Source of the DNA: Callorhinchus milii
Lineage: Eukaryota
Reading direction: 5' to 3'
Assembly: GCF_018977255.1 (NCBI RefSeq)
Contig: NW_024704743.1
Span: forward strand, 109,060,001-109,124,000
Length of the DNA: 64,000 nt
Position 1 is the first letter of the stretch; every line of letters begins with the position of its first letter. Position numbers and translations under genes: made by a program. The notes below the pieces were generated by a model, which made no database searches, was not told the origin of the DNA, and worked only from the letters and a program-made list of their open reading frames with translations. Below are positions 1-13,270 of this stretch, one piece after another.

Positions 1-1120
1 AACTGATGCAACAGCCATCAATCCAGAGCACTGGATCTTTTTCCACCGCACAAGCCTCACATTACAACTAATACCCATCCATCAATATGATCTTGCTTTG
101 GAGCAACATAAAGGCTTCATATCTGACAATGCAACTACCTTTAACTACCTGCCTTTAAGATGGCAAACCAGTTTGTTTCTGAAATAATAATAATGGGTTA
201 AAACTTAAAATGTATATCTGTCCAATGTGCCACTACAGAAGTGACTCATGTCGTCTCTGGGTCCTGTGTGGTCCACTCCAAAATACCCTGCTTTATAAAA
301 TATTGGACTAATGCACAAAGAATTAACTTTCTGTGAAAACAGTTTGTATATTTGTGATCCTAGTGATCATCCAAAACATAGGGATATAAAAAAATTACCA
401 TACATTTAGTTAGTTTGGGAGGAGAGGAGAATGGCACTATATGGTTTCTTAAACATTGAAATAGGATGTAAGATTTTTTTGCAATTTCCGTGCTTATGTT
501 TGTAAAACAAATTCAATATTCACAAATTGATCTACAGTTTTCATTGGATCATCAAAGACAAATAATAATAACATTCTGCAATTTAGAACTACAGCCATTT
601 ACAGCACAGCAGAAGGCCATTTGACCCATTGCGTCTGTGCTGGCTCTTATAGAGAAATCCTTTCAGTCCCAATTATCTGCCCTTTCCATGTCTTCTTATG
701 AATCAAATTTGTTGAACACAAAGAGTAGCAAATAATTGTGGAAATCTTTGTTGACTTTTGTAGCTGGTTCTTCGGTTTTGCGTCACAGAGAACTTTAAGC
801 ACTCTGAGATGCTTCCCTGTGTGAAGGGTGCAAGTTGTTGTCGTTTCACAGGAGGACAGGTATTTAAATGGATTTAATCTTATCAATTTTGGTTATAAAG
901 ATCAAGTTTCCCGGAACCTCACCACTTGATTTCATCAATCAGCCTGATGGGGTGGAGCAAACTGGCTGAATGCAGAATTGCCTTATCAGACTTCAGTACA
1001 GTATAGTCCAACACACCGGGTGAAACACAACACCATTTTTCATGTGCTTAGTCGGTTCTCATTGGTTACCAGGTAAATGTAGACCACAAGCTGATGAATG
1101 TTTTATTCACTTTTTCCTAG

Positions 1121-1239
1121 GGTTTATGGTTGGATGACCAATCAAATGCCTACTTGAATAAAACAGGGAATAGAATCCTATTGACCTGTTTACCTCTGTG
1201 TCCTGAGCACTGAGAGCAGTCGCTGTATCTTCACCACAG
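1121..1239 (+). other. possible non-coding 5' UTR exon of DNAJC5B
   Basis: Polypyrimidine acceptor tttttcctAG at 1111-1120 and donor cacag|GTATGA at 1240. Splice-signal evidence only. Confidence 0.25.
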
Positions 1240-1774
1240 GTATGAGACAACACTAATGTAGAGCCCAGCTCTTCTTTATTTTGGCAACCAAACAACTCTT
1301 TACTGTTAATCTGCACCATGGAACATTGTATATTGGCATTACAAGTATAACAAATGGATTACGATTAACTACTTGTACTGAGGGTGTTCTTTCACAACAG
1401 GTACAGTGCTATCAGATCTTGTGCATCTGACCTTGCTGTCGGGTTTTGTTACACCAATAACCTTGTATGTCAGTGTAAACTATTTGAGTTAACTTGCCTT
1501 TCAAAGCTAAAGAAACTCATGGTCTTAGCCTTGATCTTTATAGCCTTAATTTGGATTGACATAGGATGTGTATGCCCTCTGCGCACTTACACACCAAATT
1601 TTTTTTTTAATAATGATCATATTTTATGACTTCCATTGTGGGAAATCTATCATGAAGATTGAATAAGAGCTACTTTAGTGTTCAGTGTGTGATAGATTCC
1701 AAAATATTGAGGTGCGATTGTAGTAGTTCTTATATTTCTGGCATAAACATGTTTTGTTTTGGTGCTAGCATCTT

Positions 1775-2084
1775 AGTCCTGTAGCTCAGTGGTTAGAGCA
1801 CTCACTTTGCAAGCGAGAGACCTGAGTTCAATTCCAGGCAGGGCGAAACCTTGGGCAAGTTTCCTAACTCCACGTGCCTAATAATAATCCCTCCAAAACC
1901 AAAACCAATAATAAATTGGTCATTTTCAAACCACGACTGTTTGTGGGACATTACTGTGCGCAATTGGCTGCTACGTTCGCCCACAAATATACAGTCAATT
2001 CACTTTACAGTGTGTTCTGTGAAGCGCTTTGGGACGTCCTCCCGACGTGAAAAGCGCTATATCAAATGCAAGGATTATTATTAT
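1775..2084 (+). mobile_element. young tRNA-derived SINE (Deu-type core, L2-like 3' tail, (TTA)n end)
   Basis: tRNA-like head gtcctgtagctcagtggttagagc...gagttcaattcc (A/B boxes), core ttgtgggacatt.ctgtgcgcaattggctgc, tail gggacgtcctcccgacgtgaaaagcgctatatcaaatgcaagg(att)n. Near-identical copies occur elsewhere in the window. Confidence 0.9.
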
Positions 2085-3669
2085 GTGATGTTGCTTCAAT
2101 CAAACTCTTGAAGCAGAATGATGGATTGGCCACGTATTTCTGATATGGAAGAGAATAGTTTCTGGTCTGGGATAGACTGGGTTCATGGGTTTGCATGGCT
2201 TTAGATTAAACTGAATCCAGAGCAATACAGTATATTTTGCACTTTGAGATGTCTCAAAGATGTGATAAGGTGCTATAGCAAATGCAAGGATTATTATTAT
2301 TATATTATTATTATTATAGATAGATTGACAGTGACTAGGAGGCCAGAAGCTTTTTAGAAGGTTTCTACTTCTACCAGTTTTATCAACATCTAGAGGGTGC
2401 TGTTAACTGTAAATGCAGCTTCACTTCATATGGCATACACAAGGAAATTGATGGGGACAAGAAACAGGTTGGGCCAAGTAGACTCCTCCAAGGGAGCTCT
2501 ATGTAAGTACTGTGATAATAAAATAAAACATCATCGCCTGGGGTTGGTTTGTATATTCAGTTCAGCAGCTGAGCAAACATGTTCAAAGAGCCAATGTCTC
2601 AATGAGGGACCTAAACTCTCCGGCGTTATGTTGTCCCTCGGGAGACAGTGCACACTCCTTACCAGGTAAATGGAAACTGTGCACATATAGAACTCTGAGT
2701 AGCTTGGTTTTGGAGACTCTTAAGCATGGTGATGGGTTTCCATGTGTATCAGACAACCAGCTCACATACCCTCTTGAATGCTTATAGGCATACTGTTCTA
2801 ACATAAAGGCATCAAAAGAATGATTCCATTTCTAGCCCATGTCCACTTAGAAGTGCCAACATGTTTCAAGTCAGTCGTGGATCTGTGGTTGAATTCAGGC
2901 ATTTTTAGCAAGATATTTGATGGAAGTTTCCATTATACTGTCCTTAATTTCAGTGAGAGCTGACGAGATTGTTTTTCTTCCGGTAACTATTCTATTGTCT
3001 CACAAAGTCATATCTGATTTTGCCACCTGTGACAAAATTGGAATTGGATATTAAGTTGGATATTACTGAAATTAATCAAGTGCTCCGGGACTCTAGCCCA
3101 CGTGAAGGGCGCTATATAAATGCAAATTGTGGTTGTATTAATTTAATGTTGGTTTTCAGCTGCAATGATTACAGGAATATGTTACCCTTAGGTTATGATA
3201 GAGGGTAAAAGAATATTTATTGTACAGTTTCTATACCTGCTACGCTTGAGGCAGTCATTCCACTGTTTTAACTAAAATGCTGTCGGAATTGTATCGTATC
3301 CATTGAGCTAAACATATCTTATTAATTATTGAATGAAAAGCTCGGGAGAACCTGTATCCAGTTAGCAAAATAAATAGTGCATCTAATGTTGCCACATCAG
3401 CCAAAACCTAGAAGTAACTGATCTGTCAGTTTATTTTTACAATCAAAATGGTATAAATCAAACACATATATATATTGATTTGTAGAAACTGGAGAACAAC
3501 ATAGAAAAATAAGTCCTATTCTACAAGACTTCATTTGTGAAGCACACTCTTAGAAGTCTTTACTTATAGCAAGGGTCTTGACTATTCTTCCCATTCAGTT
3601 GTTTTTCTATCTCTAGCCCAGCAATGAAGCAGTAAAGAGCTGAAAATCAATTATAACTAACTAGATGAT

Positions 3670-4075
3670 GGTGGCCTGGCTCAGTTGAGTCAAACAGTCG
3701 TGAGGTTCAAATCCCAAGTTAGGACTTTGAACTCATAGTCAAGAGTGCCACTCTAATTGAATGCAGGGTTGTGCTGCATCGTCAAAGGTGCTGTCATTAA
3801 ACCAAGGTCCCACCTACCGTTCAGGTGAATATTGAAGATACCATGGCACTATTCAAAAAGAGAAGAGAATTTCTCCAAGCGCTCTGGTCTGTAATCCTGC
3901 AGATAAAATTGGTCATTCACTTCACAGTTGTTTGTGGGACATTGCTGTGTGCAAATTGGCTGCTGCATTCTCCTACAAAATACACGGATACCACACTGTC
4001 CAGTAAAATTCTGTGAACCACTTTGAGATGGGTTCCCGACATGAAGGCGTTATATCAAATACATGAATTATTATT
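3670..4075 (+). mobile_element. older, diverged Deu-domain SINE (SacSINE1/AmnSINE1-like)
   Basis: Degenerate tRNA head, then ...ttcaggtgaatattgaagataccatggcactattc...tttgtgggacattgctgtgtgcaaattggctgc... and an L2-type tail. Similar copies at about 36890-37215(-), 37275-37670(+) and 50680-50980(+). Confidence 0.65.
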
Positions 4076-6897
4076 TTGTATTAAGAAGACGCAGCAACAG
4101 ATTATTCCTTTTATTATTATGGAAACCTTTCTATTTGAACACAAAGTGTCTAAATCACTGGTTTGGAGCCATGTAAAGAATGCTTATACATAAATAAGGA
4201 AGCAACACCTATTAATATCTTAACACAAAACACTGGCAGCAAAGCTTCTTTGTTGCTCTCCAACACAAGTAACAGCAGCAGATTGTGCCATGTAAATAGC
4301 ACAAGTGGCAGCGAGGAGGAAATTGGGCCTCATGTGTTTCTGTGATATTTATTCTAAAATCAGCTCTAGCGCTGAGCTAACTGTTCCAAAATGATTCATG
4401 TTTCATTATTTCGCTCAGCAGAAAGAAACCGTGTCTTTCCTGTGCCATCACATGCATATTTGCCACATGAAAGGCACAGATTGTAAGTCACAGACAGAAT
4501 GTGGTGCTTTGGATTGCAAATGGTGTCTTCCTCCATTGTAAGAGTTCAACACTCTGACTAAAGCCATAATCTGATCTGGGAATAACGGCTGGACAAAACA
4601 GTCAGAGATTGACTGGGAATGCAGGAATGACATTGGTATTGTCTGTTTTGCTGGAAGTTTACAACTTCTGTGGAAACTCCACAGGGTATACATTTTTCAT
4701 GCTAATTGGGTGCTCATATAGTGGAGGTGCACTGCAGCTCTGGTTGTCATTGGGGCTTAACTTGCAACATTTGTCAAAAGGATGAGAAATGCTTATTTGA
4801 GATTCCTTCGTTGGACTCATTAGTAATTTGCTGCTAAAATGGGGGAAAGAGTCTGGAGAGCAACCTGGATGGCCATGAAAAGGTGACATTTTGTCGTACT
4901 TTAGTTACTTTTGGAAATCCCACTTAGTGTTTTGCACCCCTTGTGTGAACAGTGCAAATTGGACCCCATTGCTGTCTTACTGCATTGATGCAAGAAAGTC
5001 CTTTGGAGCATTGGAGCTAATATGCAATATGTGTTGTTTTGCAAAACTTACACCCCTGTTGATGTGTCAGTTAATGTCATGCCACATAAATTGTGTTTGA
5101 ATGGCGACTGCAGGTGGCCCTTTGTCCCAATTTTTGTGACAAAGACAGACTACGTTCACTCAAAGCCAAACAAAAAAAAACTGACTTTGTTCACTGTATT
5201 CCAAGAAGATTATTGCTCTCCCCTGATAACATTATAGGCCTGTGGTAAAGGGCACAAAATTTATAATGTAAACCAGTCTCTCATTATATCAGATCTCTTA
5301 GCTATGTTCCTTTGAGATCACTATTCTAGCTGGTTTGCATAAGTGCAGTTAGTGGGAGTGGAATTGCCGCAGTTTATAATAATAATAATGCTTGCATTTG
5401 ATATAGGGCCTTCGAGACGTCTCAAATAGCTTCACAGAATATACTGTAAAGTGAATTGACTGTATAGTTTGTGGTATTGAAGTTCAGTAACAATACGCAC
5501 TCATATGCCTTTAACAGTGTCTCGGTCAAACTTACAATGACCACAGATCCTTGGCTTGGCGTTTCATCAAATCCAGGTTATAGGTGGCAGGTTACAAACT
5601 GTAATGAATGTCACTAGCCACGAGATGGTAATCTAACTACAGCAGGTTAATGCAGGACAACACCCAATATGTTATGTTACCTAGTAATGAGTGGAAAGCA
5701 CTGGTCTGAACCACACACCTTCTCTTCACCTTCTCTCTTAAAATCATTGTTTTAACAACACAGTACAAATTACAGATGGGGTGCTTGATTAAAAGTGATT
5801 CAGAACCAAATCACAAAAATCGCTGGTGAAGGAACACTGCTCACAAATAACTTCCATGTCTCTTCAATTTGTTAAACAAGCATGAATTGCAACATGCAAT
5901 CTATCATTCAGAGTCCGGCCCTCATCCACAAGAGCAATGATTAATTAATACATTTTTTTAATGACCTGTACATTATTTGGCTGAAATGCATGTAGCTATT
6001 TATTAACACAGTTGCTTCTGATTCAGACACTTGGGTATCAATTATAAGATTTGTAATAGGAGTTGTAAATGCTCAACATGTCTTTTAGATGTTTGTTAGT
6101 GGTGGTTCAAAGTATGGTTTGTAAGATTATTAGGAGCTAATTGGGAAAAAACCTACCCTCCAGTGACTGGTCTACTCTTCCAAGTCCTGCCAACCACCCA
6201 AGTTGGCTGGGCCATCAACAGTGCCTTGGAGTTCTGCAGCCCTACCTGGCTCAGGATCTGCATTACTGAGACTGCCACAGAAAATTGATTCAGAAATTTC
6301 ATTACTAGGCAGTAATCTTGGAGCCAACTCAGCCCCACAGAGAACCTACTTACCTCTCGTCAAGAGAGGTTAGTGATCTTTCTTCACCTGTGATCCTAGA
6401 TAATGAGCGTTTCCAGGCTAGTTGACTGCAGCATCATAAATGAAACTCAAGCTTCTTCTTCACACCGACCATTAGACCATCTAAGCTGTGGGGAAGGAGG
6501 GGGAGAAAGGATTGCAGCATGTTAACAATGTGTTACTTTACAAAAAGTGCACAATGTCCCCTTCTGCAAAATGTCACAAGTCTTGAGGCTTTCTTAAAAG
6601 AGGCTATACAAATGTAATTTTGTATTGTATTTTTTTTTACCTTGGCTTTGACTGTCACATTTCCACTGGCCTCTTCTTTAGGTTGTTGTGATAATGCTTC
6701 TAGTTCTACTTACGCAGGAAACTATTTGTGCACCTACAGATTTTCAACCTGATTCAGTAGATTTCTGTTGTGTAGATCATCCTTTACCTTTTTACTTTAC
6801 TTTTTTCCTGATGTATAAATTTGAATTGTATGGAACTGGTTTCACAGACATATGATTTGTTTGTTTTACAGACTGGTAAAAACAGACTGGGACTAAA

Positions 6898-7004
6898 ATG
6901 TCTGAACCAAGACAGCGTTCACTGTCCACATCTGGAGAAGCACTTTACCAAATTCTAGGCCTGGAGAAAGGAGCTTCACCCGACCAAATAAAAAAATCCT
7001 ATAG
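6898..7004 (+). CDS. DNAJC5B: DNAJC5B (cysteine string protein beta) coding exon 1
   Basis: Acceptor AG at 6870-71, ATG at 6898, [35 protein letters not shown](R), donor ag|GTAGGT. 107 nt; start of the J-domain. Confidence 0.93.
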
Positions 7005-8075
7005 GTAGGTAGAGGGAGTGAGATCCACTGTGAAATTCAGTAATATTCTACTGTAACTTTGAAGATCATAAAAGCATCTGGCCGGGAAAATCATACATCA
7101 CTCCACTTTACAGTGTATCCTTTGAAACGCTTTGGCAAGTCCTCCTTGCATGGAAGGCACTATACCAAATGAAGGATTATTATTATTGTTACTACTGTAT
7201 TATTTTACTTATATTTTCAATGAAGGATGCAGTCACAGGCCATTAGCCCGGCGTGAAGGGCACTATATAAATCCAAGTTGTTGTTGTTATAAAAGGTTAG
7301 CATGAAGAAGGTCCTTTGGTCCATTTGATCTCATCCTTCTAATATATTCGCCCTAACGTGTTCCACGACAGCATTCAACATTTTTAAAAAAAAGATTCCA
7401 GTGTCCTGATCTCAACCATCCTCCCTGGTTCCAGTTGTTAATTAACTTCTAAATAATTCCTGGTATCTGTCCAAAAATTGCTCTTCACAATTCTAAACTT
7501 GTGCCCTCTGCTGTCTCGCCACATCCAATAGTATTCTGTTTACGTACTCAATCCCCACTGACATGTCTCTTTTGAAGACTGAAGAGCTGGAACTTGTCTA
7601 ACTGTTGCTTATATCTCACTCCTCTGACGCTGGTGAATGTTTGTAACATAAGAATTAGGTCACCTGGGATAATTTGGCATAAGCAGTGTTATTTGAGAAC
7701 TATCCTTGAGGGGGTAAGCGGAGTCTCCTGGATAGTGAGTAGGCTCCAAGTTCATGTGCTTGTCAGAATCGAAGCAACCCTCCGTGGCAGTCACGGTTGT
7801 CCAGTTTCTGAGCCAGGCAAATCTGCAGGACTCTTAGGCACTACTGATGTTAGACTAGTCAACCTGGCTTGTCAACAAGACGAGGAGGAAACGACAGGTC
7901 AGTGGGGGCAGGTATTCTTCCCACACTGCTCTAGTTAACCATACCAGCCAAAGTCCTAATGGGTAGGGTGGTCCTAACTGGAGAAGCAGCAGGAAGTTTG
8001 CCAGACAGAGGTTTCCATGGGAAGGTATGCGGTTTTAGCTGGTTAGACTCCAGCAGTACCCCAATACGCATGTGA

Positions 8076-8446
8076 AGTCCTGTAGCTCAGTGGTTAGAGC
8101 ACTCACCTCGCAAGCGAGAAGACCTGGGTTTGATTCCCATCAGGGCAAAAAGTTGGGCAAGTTTCCTTACTCCACACGTTTCTGTTTACCTAGCAATAAG
8201 TTGGTCAATTGGCAGATTGCTTTTCCGGGGTTAATAATTCCTTCAAAATAAAAATAATAATAATTAGGTCACTCGATCCACGACTGTTTGTGGGTCACTA
8301 CTATACGCAATTGGCTACCGCTTTTCGCCTACAAAATATACTGTCAATTCACTTTACAGTGTATTCCGTAAAGCACTTTGAGACACCTCGAAGACGCAAT
8401 AAGGCGCTACATGAAATGTAAGGATTATTATTATTATTATTATTAT
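8076..8446 (+). mobile_element. tRNA-derived SINE inserted into an older unidentified repeat
   Basis: Same head and tail as the 1775-2084 copy. Its flanks (about 7900-8075 and 8447-8600) join into a sequence alignable with 26330-26650. Confidence 0.85.
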
Positions 8447-10205
8447 GGGGTTCCCAGGCCTTTGCTCTGCCAACCTGCACCATATTTCTCTGGAATTAGG
8501 TAAGCAGGATGTGTATACTCCAGGTAGAGTGTACACATTCCATTCCATACCAGACAAGAAAATTTCCGTGTTTTTATGGCATACATGGAACTCTCAATCT
8601 AATGACTATTGCGTCTCAGAGAAGAACTAATATAAATAAAAGTATTGCTAGTTTCAGCTGGATAAAAACCAGTGGAAAGTTATTAGAATAAAAATCTCAC
8701 AAGCAGTAATTAGTGTTTTAGTAACATATTCTATAATTTCAGCTCTGCTTGTACTTCAATGTGGCCTTGTTGGAAAAAAAACTGTTTTTGATATTATCAG
8801 ATATCAAATGTAAATTAAACATCAAGAATTTATTATTAGTTTTGTGATACATCCTAATTAATAGAAATGGATTGAGCTGGTGTCATTGCTGCAAGCTTCA
8901 ATGTTGGAAAAATTACTTGAATTGTAAACTACAGTTTATCTAACTAATAAGTGTAATGAATTACTAATAACAAAATACTATGCAGATGACTGGGGTATTA
9001 GTACTGTCGGTGTGAATGATTATCCATTCAAAGGAAAATCACTGTACTCCACAAAACAGGCAGAGCATTTATCATAAATGTTAATTTCCTTATTGCTCCT
9101 GCCAGATGCTTCCCCACTTGTTTGTGAAACCCCTGACATTGGTTTACCAAGCGCTCTGAGACGACGTCCGGCGTGGAGGGCGCTATATAAATCCGAGTTG
9201 TTGTAAATCCAAGTTGTTGTTGTTGTTGTTATTCAATTTTACTTCAGTTCTTTTTCCTTCACTCTGCACATCTTCCCCGCCCATGCGCATTTTTTGCTAT
9301 TCCAGTTGAGATGGAGACTGGCAGGGCACAGCCTTTAATAGTGTGTTCTGTGCATTGTGGCTGTGAAATGACCCCAATTCATTAGCCAGCAGGTTAAAAG
9401 GTGATATTGAATGGCTCTCTCAAATGGCATTGGGCCCAATCACTTTCCAAAACTCAAGGGACTGTTTACCTGTGGTCAGGTATTGATTAGGTCAATGCCA
9501 AGAGCAGCATAGCCGATGCGATAATTGTGATGTTGAATAACAACAATCCTCCTTTCATTTGATATAGCACCTAATCACATATTTGAGACTCTCAAAGCAC
9601 TTCAGAGGATATATTATAAAGTGAACTAACTGTATTTTGTGGGCGAAACCAATTGCACACAGCAGTGTCCCACAAACAGTCATGGATTGAGAGACCAAAT
9701 TATTATAATTATTTTTTGAAAGGGTTAGTACCTCCGGAAGAGCGATCCAACAATCAACTAACAACCAGATTCCTATTTACTTTGAGGTAAACAGGCGTGT
9801 GGAGTAAGAAAACTCGCCCAATGTTTCGCAGGTCCAGATCCCAGAACCCAGGTTTCTCGGTTGCAAAGCGAGTGCTCTAACCATTTGTCGCATTTTCCTC
9901 CTCTTTGTCTCTCATTTAGAATTTAGTCCTAGAATCATCTTTGTTCCTCTTCCCTGAACCTTTCACAACCCTTCAGTGTGCTTTTGAAGAGATGGTACCC
10001 AAAAGCTTGTACAGTATTCCAAATGTGGCCTCACTGGTGACCTACACAATGTTAGAATCATCTATAGTTGAAATGCAGTCTATACTTTGTTTCATTTTGT
10101 TGACTTCATGTTGTTGTTTGTGGGACGTTGTTATGCTCCAAATTATGCTGCGTTCACCTACCCAATGACTTTTACTGACACTCTACAACTTTATGTATAC
10201 CACAG

Positions 10206-10419
10206 GAAACTTGCCTTGAAACATCACCCAGACAAAAACCTGGACAACCCAGATGCCTCGGAAAAATTCAAAGAGATCAACAATGCTCATTCGATTCTTT
10301 CAGATATAACAAAGCGGAACATTTATGACAAATACGGATCACTGGGGCTCTATGTGGCCGAGCACTTTGGTGAAGAGAATGTGAACACATACTTTATGCT
10401 CTCTAGCTGGTGGGCAATG
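10206..10419 (+). CDS. DNAJC5B: DNAJC5B coding exon 2 (J-domain with HPD)
   Basis: cacAG|g aaa ctt..., [33 protein letters not shown]...[20 protein letters not shown]. 214 nt; phase matches exon 1. Confidence 0.95.
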
Positions 10420-10829
10420 GTAGGATGATAAAACATTTATCAAACATTGTGATTTTTGGTTTGTTTTATTAATAATCATAATCCTTGCATTTGATAGACA
10501 GCCTTTCACATCAAAAGCTCTTCACAGGATTTACTGTAAAGTGCAGTGACTGTGTGTTTTGTGGGCAAACAAATGCACTGTAATGCACTATAAATACCTC
10601 AACCCGATAAGCCAATCAGTGTAGCAGCCCCCACTGGATCCATACAATTTGATCATATTGCATCTTTTATGTCAGGAGGACGTCTCAAAACACTTGATGT
10701 AATGGGAGGAAGGTAGGGTGGGCATTGTAGGAGATGAGATCAAATGTGTTGGAGGGACTTCTTCACCAATGTTGTAATCAGATCTGGATGGTGGCACTTG
10801 TCTAATTTGCTAATTTCTATCTTTTTTAG

Positions 10830-11001
10830 AGCCTCTTTTTATTCTGTGGGCTGATCACTGGCTGTTACCTTTGTTGCTGTATGTGCTGTTGCTGTAACTG
10901 CTGCTTTGGTAAGTGCAAACCCAAGCCACGGGGAGAGGCTTATGAGTACTACGTCTCCCCAGAGGACCTGGAGGAACAAATCCGCACAGACATGGAAACC
11001 G
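10830..11001 (+). CDS. DNAJC5B: DNAJC5B coding exon 3 (cysteine string)
   Basis: ttttttAG|agc, [57 protein letters not shown] g|GTAAGT. 172 nt. Confidence 0.95.
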
Positions 11002-12916
11002 GTAAGTGCTGTGCCTTGGCTTATAGCAATACTTGCTTTGGTTTACTTGGGTTCAAGCCTCACAATGGGCAGATGCCCTCAAGCAAGCCTATTCAACATG
11101 CTCGACTGCCCGGATGGTTTAGAAAATCTTTCCAACACTTCTTGCAGTCAGGCCTCTCACTAAACACCCTCTCCAAACCTTTGGTCATTGAGGGAGAATG
11201 TTAACTATCCATTAATCATGTGAGAAGACCACATTTAATAATTCTGCTAGGTTGCATTTTACAAATAAAGCAATTAAAACGATCAGATGGTAAGTAGGTA
11301 ATTAAAAAATCCTTGCACGTGATACAGCATCTCTCATGTCAGAGGATCTCTCAAAGCGCTTCAAAAGATTTACCGTAAAGTGTAGTGACAAGCCTCTCAG
11401 ACACAATTTGTGAAGTTGGCATGATGCATTTCTGTTCAGCATCTGGAGTTGCTGATTATGACTCAATATTGGATATTTAATTTCTTATTGAATAGTCCAG
11501 ATACGAGAGTCCTGTTACGAATGCCGCATTTTGACCTCAAAGTCCTCTTGAAAAATATTTGGAGTCTTTATACTCAATGATGAGTCTTCAATTCAGGAAG
11601 TTGCTGAGATTTGCTATTACCCTGTTTGCTAGTGTGACATCTACATCTACTTGCAAATTGCCTAGAATCTGAATGTGAATCTCCTGGGAGGGAGCAGGTA
11701 GTTGTGTAGGTTTCTTTTCTTTTTTTACTCTCCTCCATTCCAGATTAACCTAAGTATACGGTTAAGATGCCTGCAGTGTTGTTCAGGAGAAGTGATAATT
11801 ACTTTTGGTGTGTCATGGCAATAGTTGAAATAACTAAGCCTAATAATATTCCTTTCAGCACAGCAAAGAAAAGCCCTTGACACTGCTTTTGTATTGAATC
11901 CAAAAGTTAATTTGGTTTGACGTATCTGTGGCAAATTGCTGCTTATTCGGCCCATGATATAATACCCATGAGGTACAATAGTTACAGGTCTGTTTTGATC
12001 ATACATATATATGTATGGGCATGACAGATGGTTCCTCTGTTTCAACACAAATATCTGACTTTGCTTCAGTTGACTCACTAAACAAAGACCGATTTCATCA
12101 TGCTGTGTCCACCTTAGTTCAAGGTAAGCACATGATGGCCATTTGATGTACAGTGCTTAGGAGCAGGAAGCACTGCTTTCATTCCTGCTCCACAATGTAA
12201 CAAATCTCGAAAAAGGCCCAAAGCCTGATTTCTGCACATAATACCAAAATGGGCTGTTTTCTTTTTAATGTGATCAAAGACAACGCTTGCCTGACCCGCG
12301 CTTTAACGACATTAAAAGTCCTCGTAAGTTTCATCAGAACTCGGGAGAGTGAGCGAGCTAATGGAATACACACTCGCCAAGTTTCTATTTTAGAAGTTGA
12401 GAATTGCGACAGTCCCAAAGCCACCTCCTGCACATGATGTCAGGAAAAGGGCTTCAGTGCTTTGTGCTGACACAGTGGCCAGTTATCTCACACACCTATA
12501 GTAATAATAATCCTTGCATTTGATATGAGATATAACTTATGTGACCTTATCTCGGCTGCAAAGTGTGACCTTTGTCCTCACCAAAACCGCATGATAGAAA
12601 TTGGAGAGCTTGAAAAATGAATAAATAATACAATAATCCTTACATTTGATATAGCGCCTTCCATGTCGGAATGATGTCTCAAATCGCTTCATAGGACATG
12701 CTGTAAAGCAAGGTGACTGTGTGTTTTGTCGGTGAATGGCTGCCCAGATAATGTCACTTAACCAATTTACTCTTGGCGTAATCTTTCACATGTGTCTCTT
12801 AAATTTCCTTTAAAAATAACTGTACAATGGTGGGTTAAAGGTAATGAAATCATAGCAGTTACAGCAGACCATCAAACCTAAGCTGGGTGCTCGCTCATTC
12901 ACAGGAACTAATTTGA

Positions 12917-13270
12917 ATGCTCCCCCTTGGTGACATCATCCGCAGACATGGGGTCAACTTCCATATGTATGCGGATGACACCCAACTCTATCTCTCTGCC
13001 TCCACCCTCAACTCCAGGACCACTGCTGTACTGACAGACTGCCTGTCGGACATCAAGTCCTGGATAAGGGCAAACTTCCTACTGTTGAATGTGAACAAAA
13101 CTGAGGCTCTCGTGATTGCCAGCGCCTCTGCACCTCAGGCTCGGGCAGCTTCAACCTCCATGATTGCATACTTCAACTCAACAAGCCAGTCAGGAACCAA
13201 GGTGTCTTGCTCAACCCTCAACTATCTTTTCTTCCCCACATCCAAGCCATGACCCCCTTTGCCTTTCCCT
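12917..13270 (+). mobile_element. L2-clade LINE RT fragment
   Basis: [26 protein letters not shown]...[15 protein letters not shown] carries the YADD RT motif. Confidence 0.85.

Noticed and set aside
1775..1845. tRNA-like sequence with TGC anticodon (also near 8076, 35250, 55825, 58410)
   Set aside because: These are SINE heads. They continue into the SINE body and lack a proper acceptor stem and terminator.
7594..7990. Faint resemblance of the unknown repeat's 5' part to a restriction-like endonuclease C-terminus of non-LTR elements
   Set aside because: Too degenerate to support by eye; needs a profile search.
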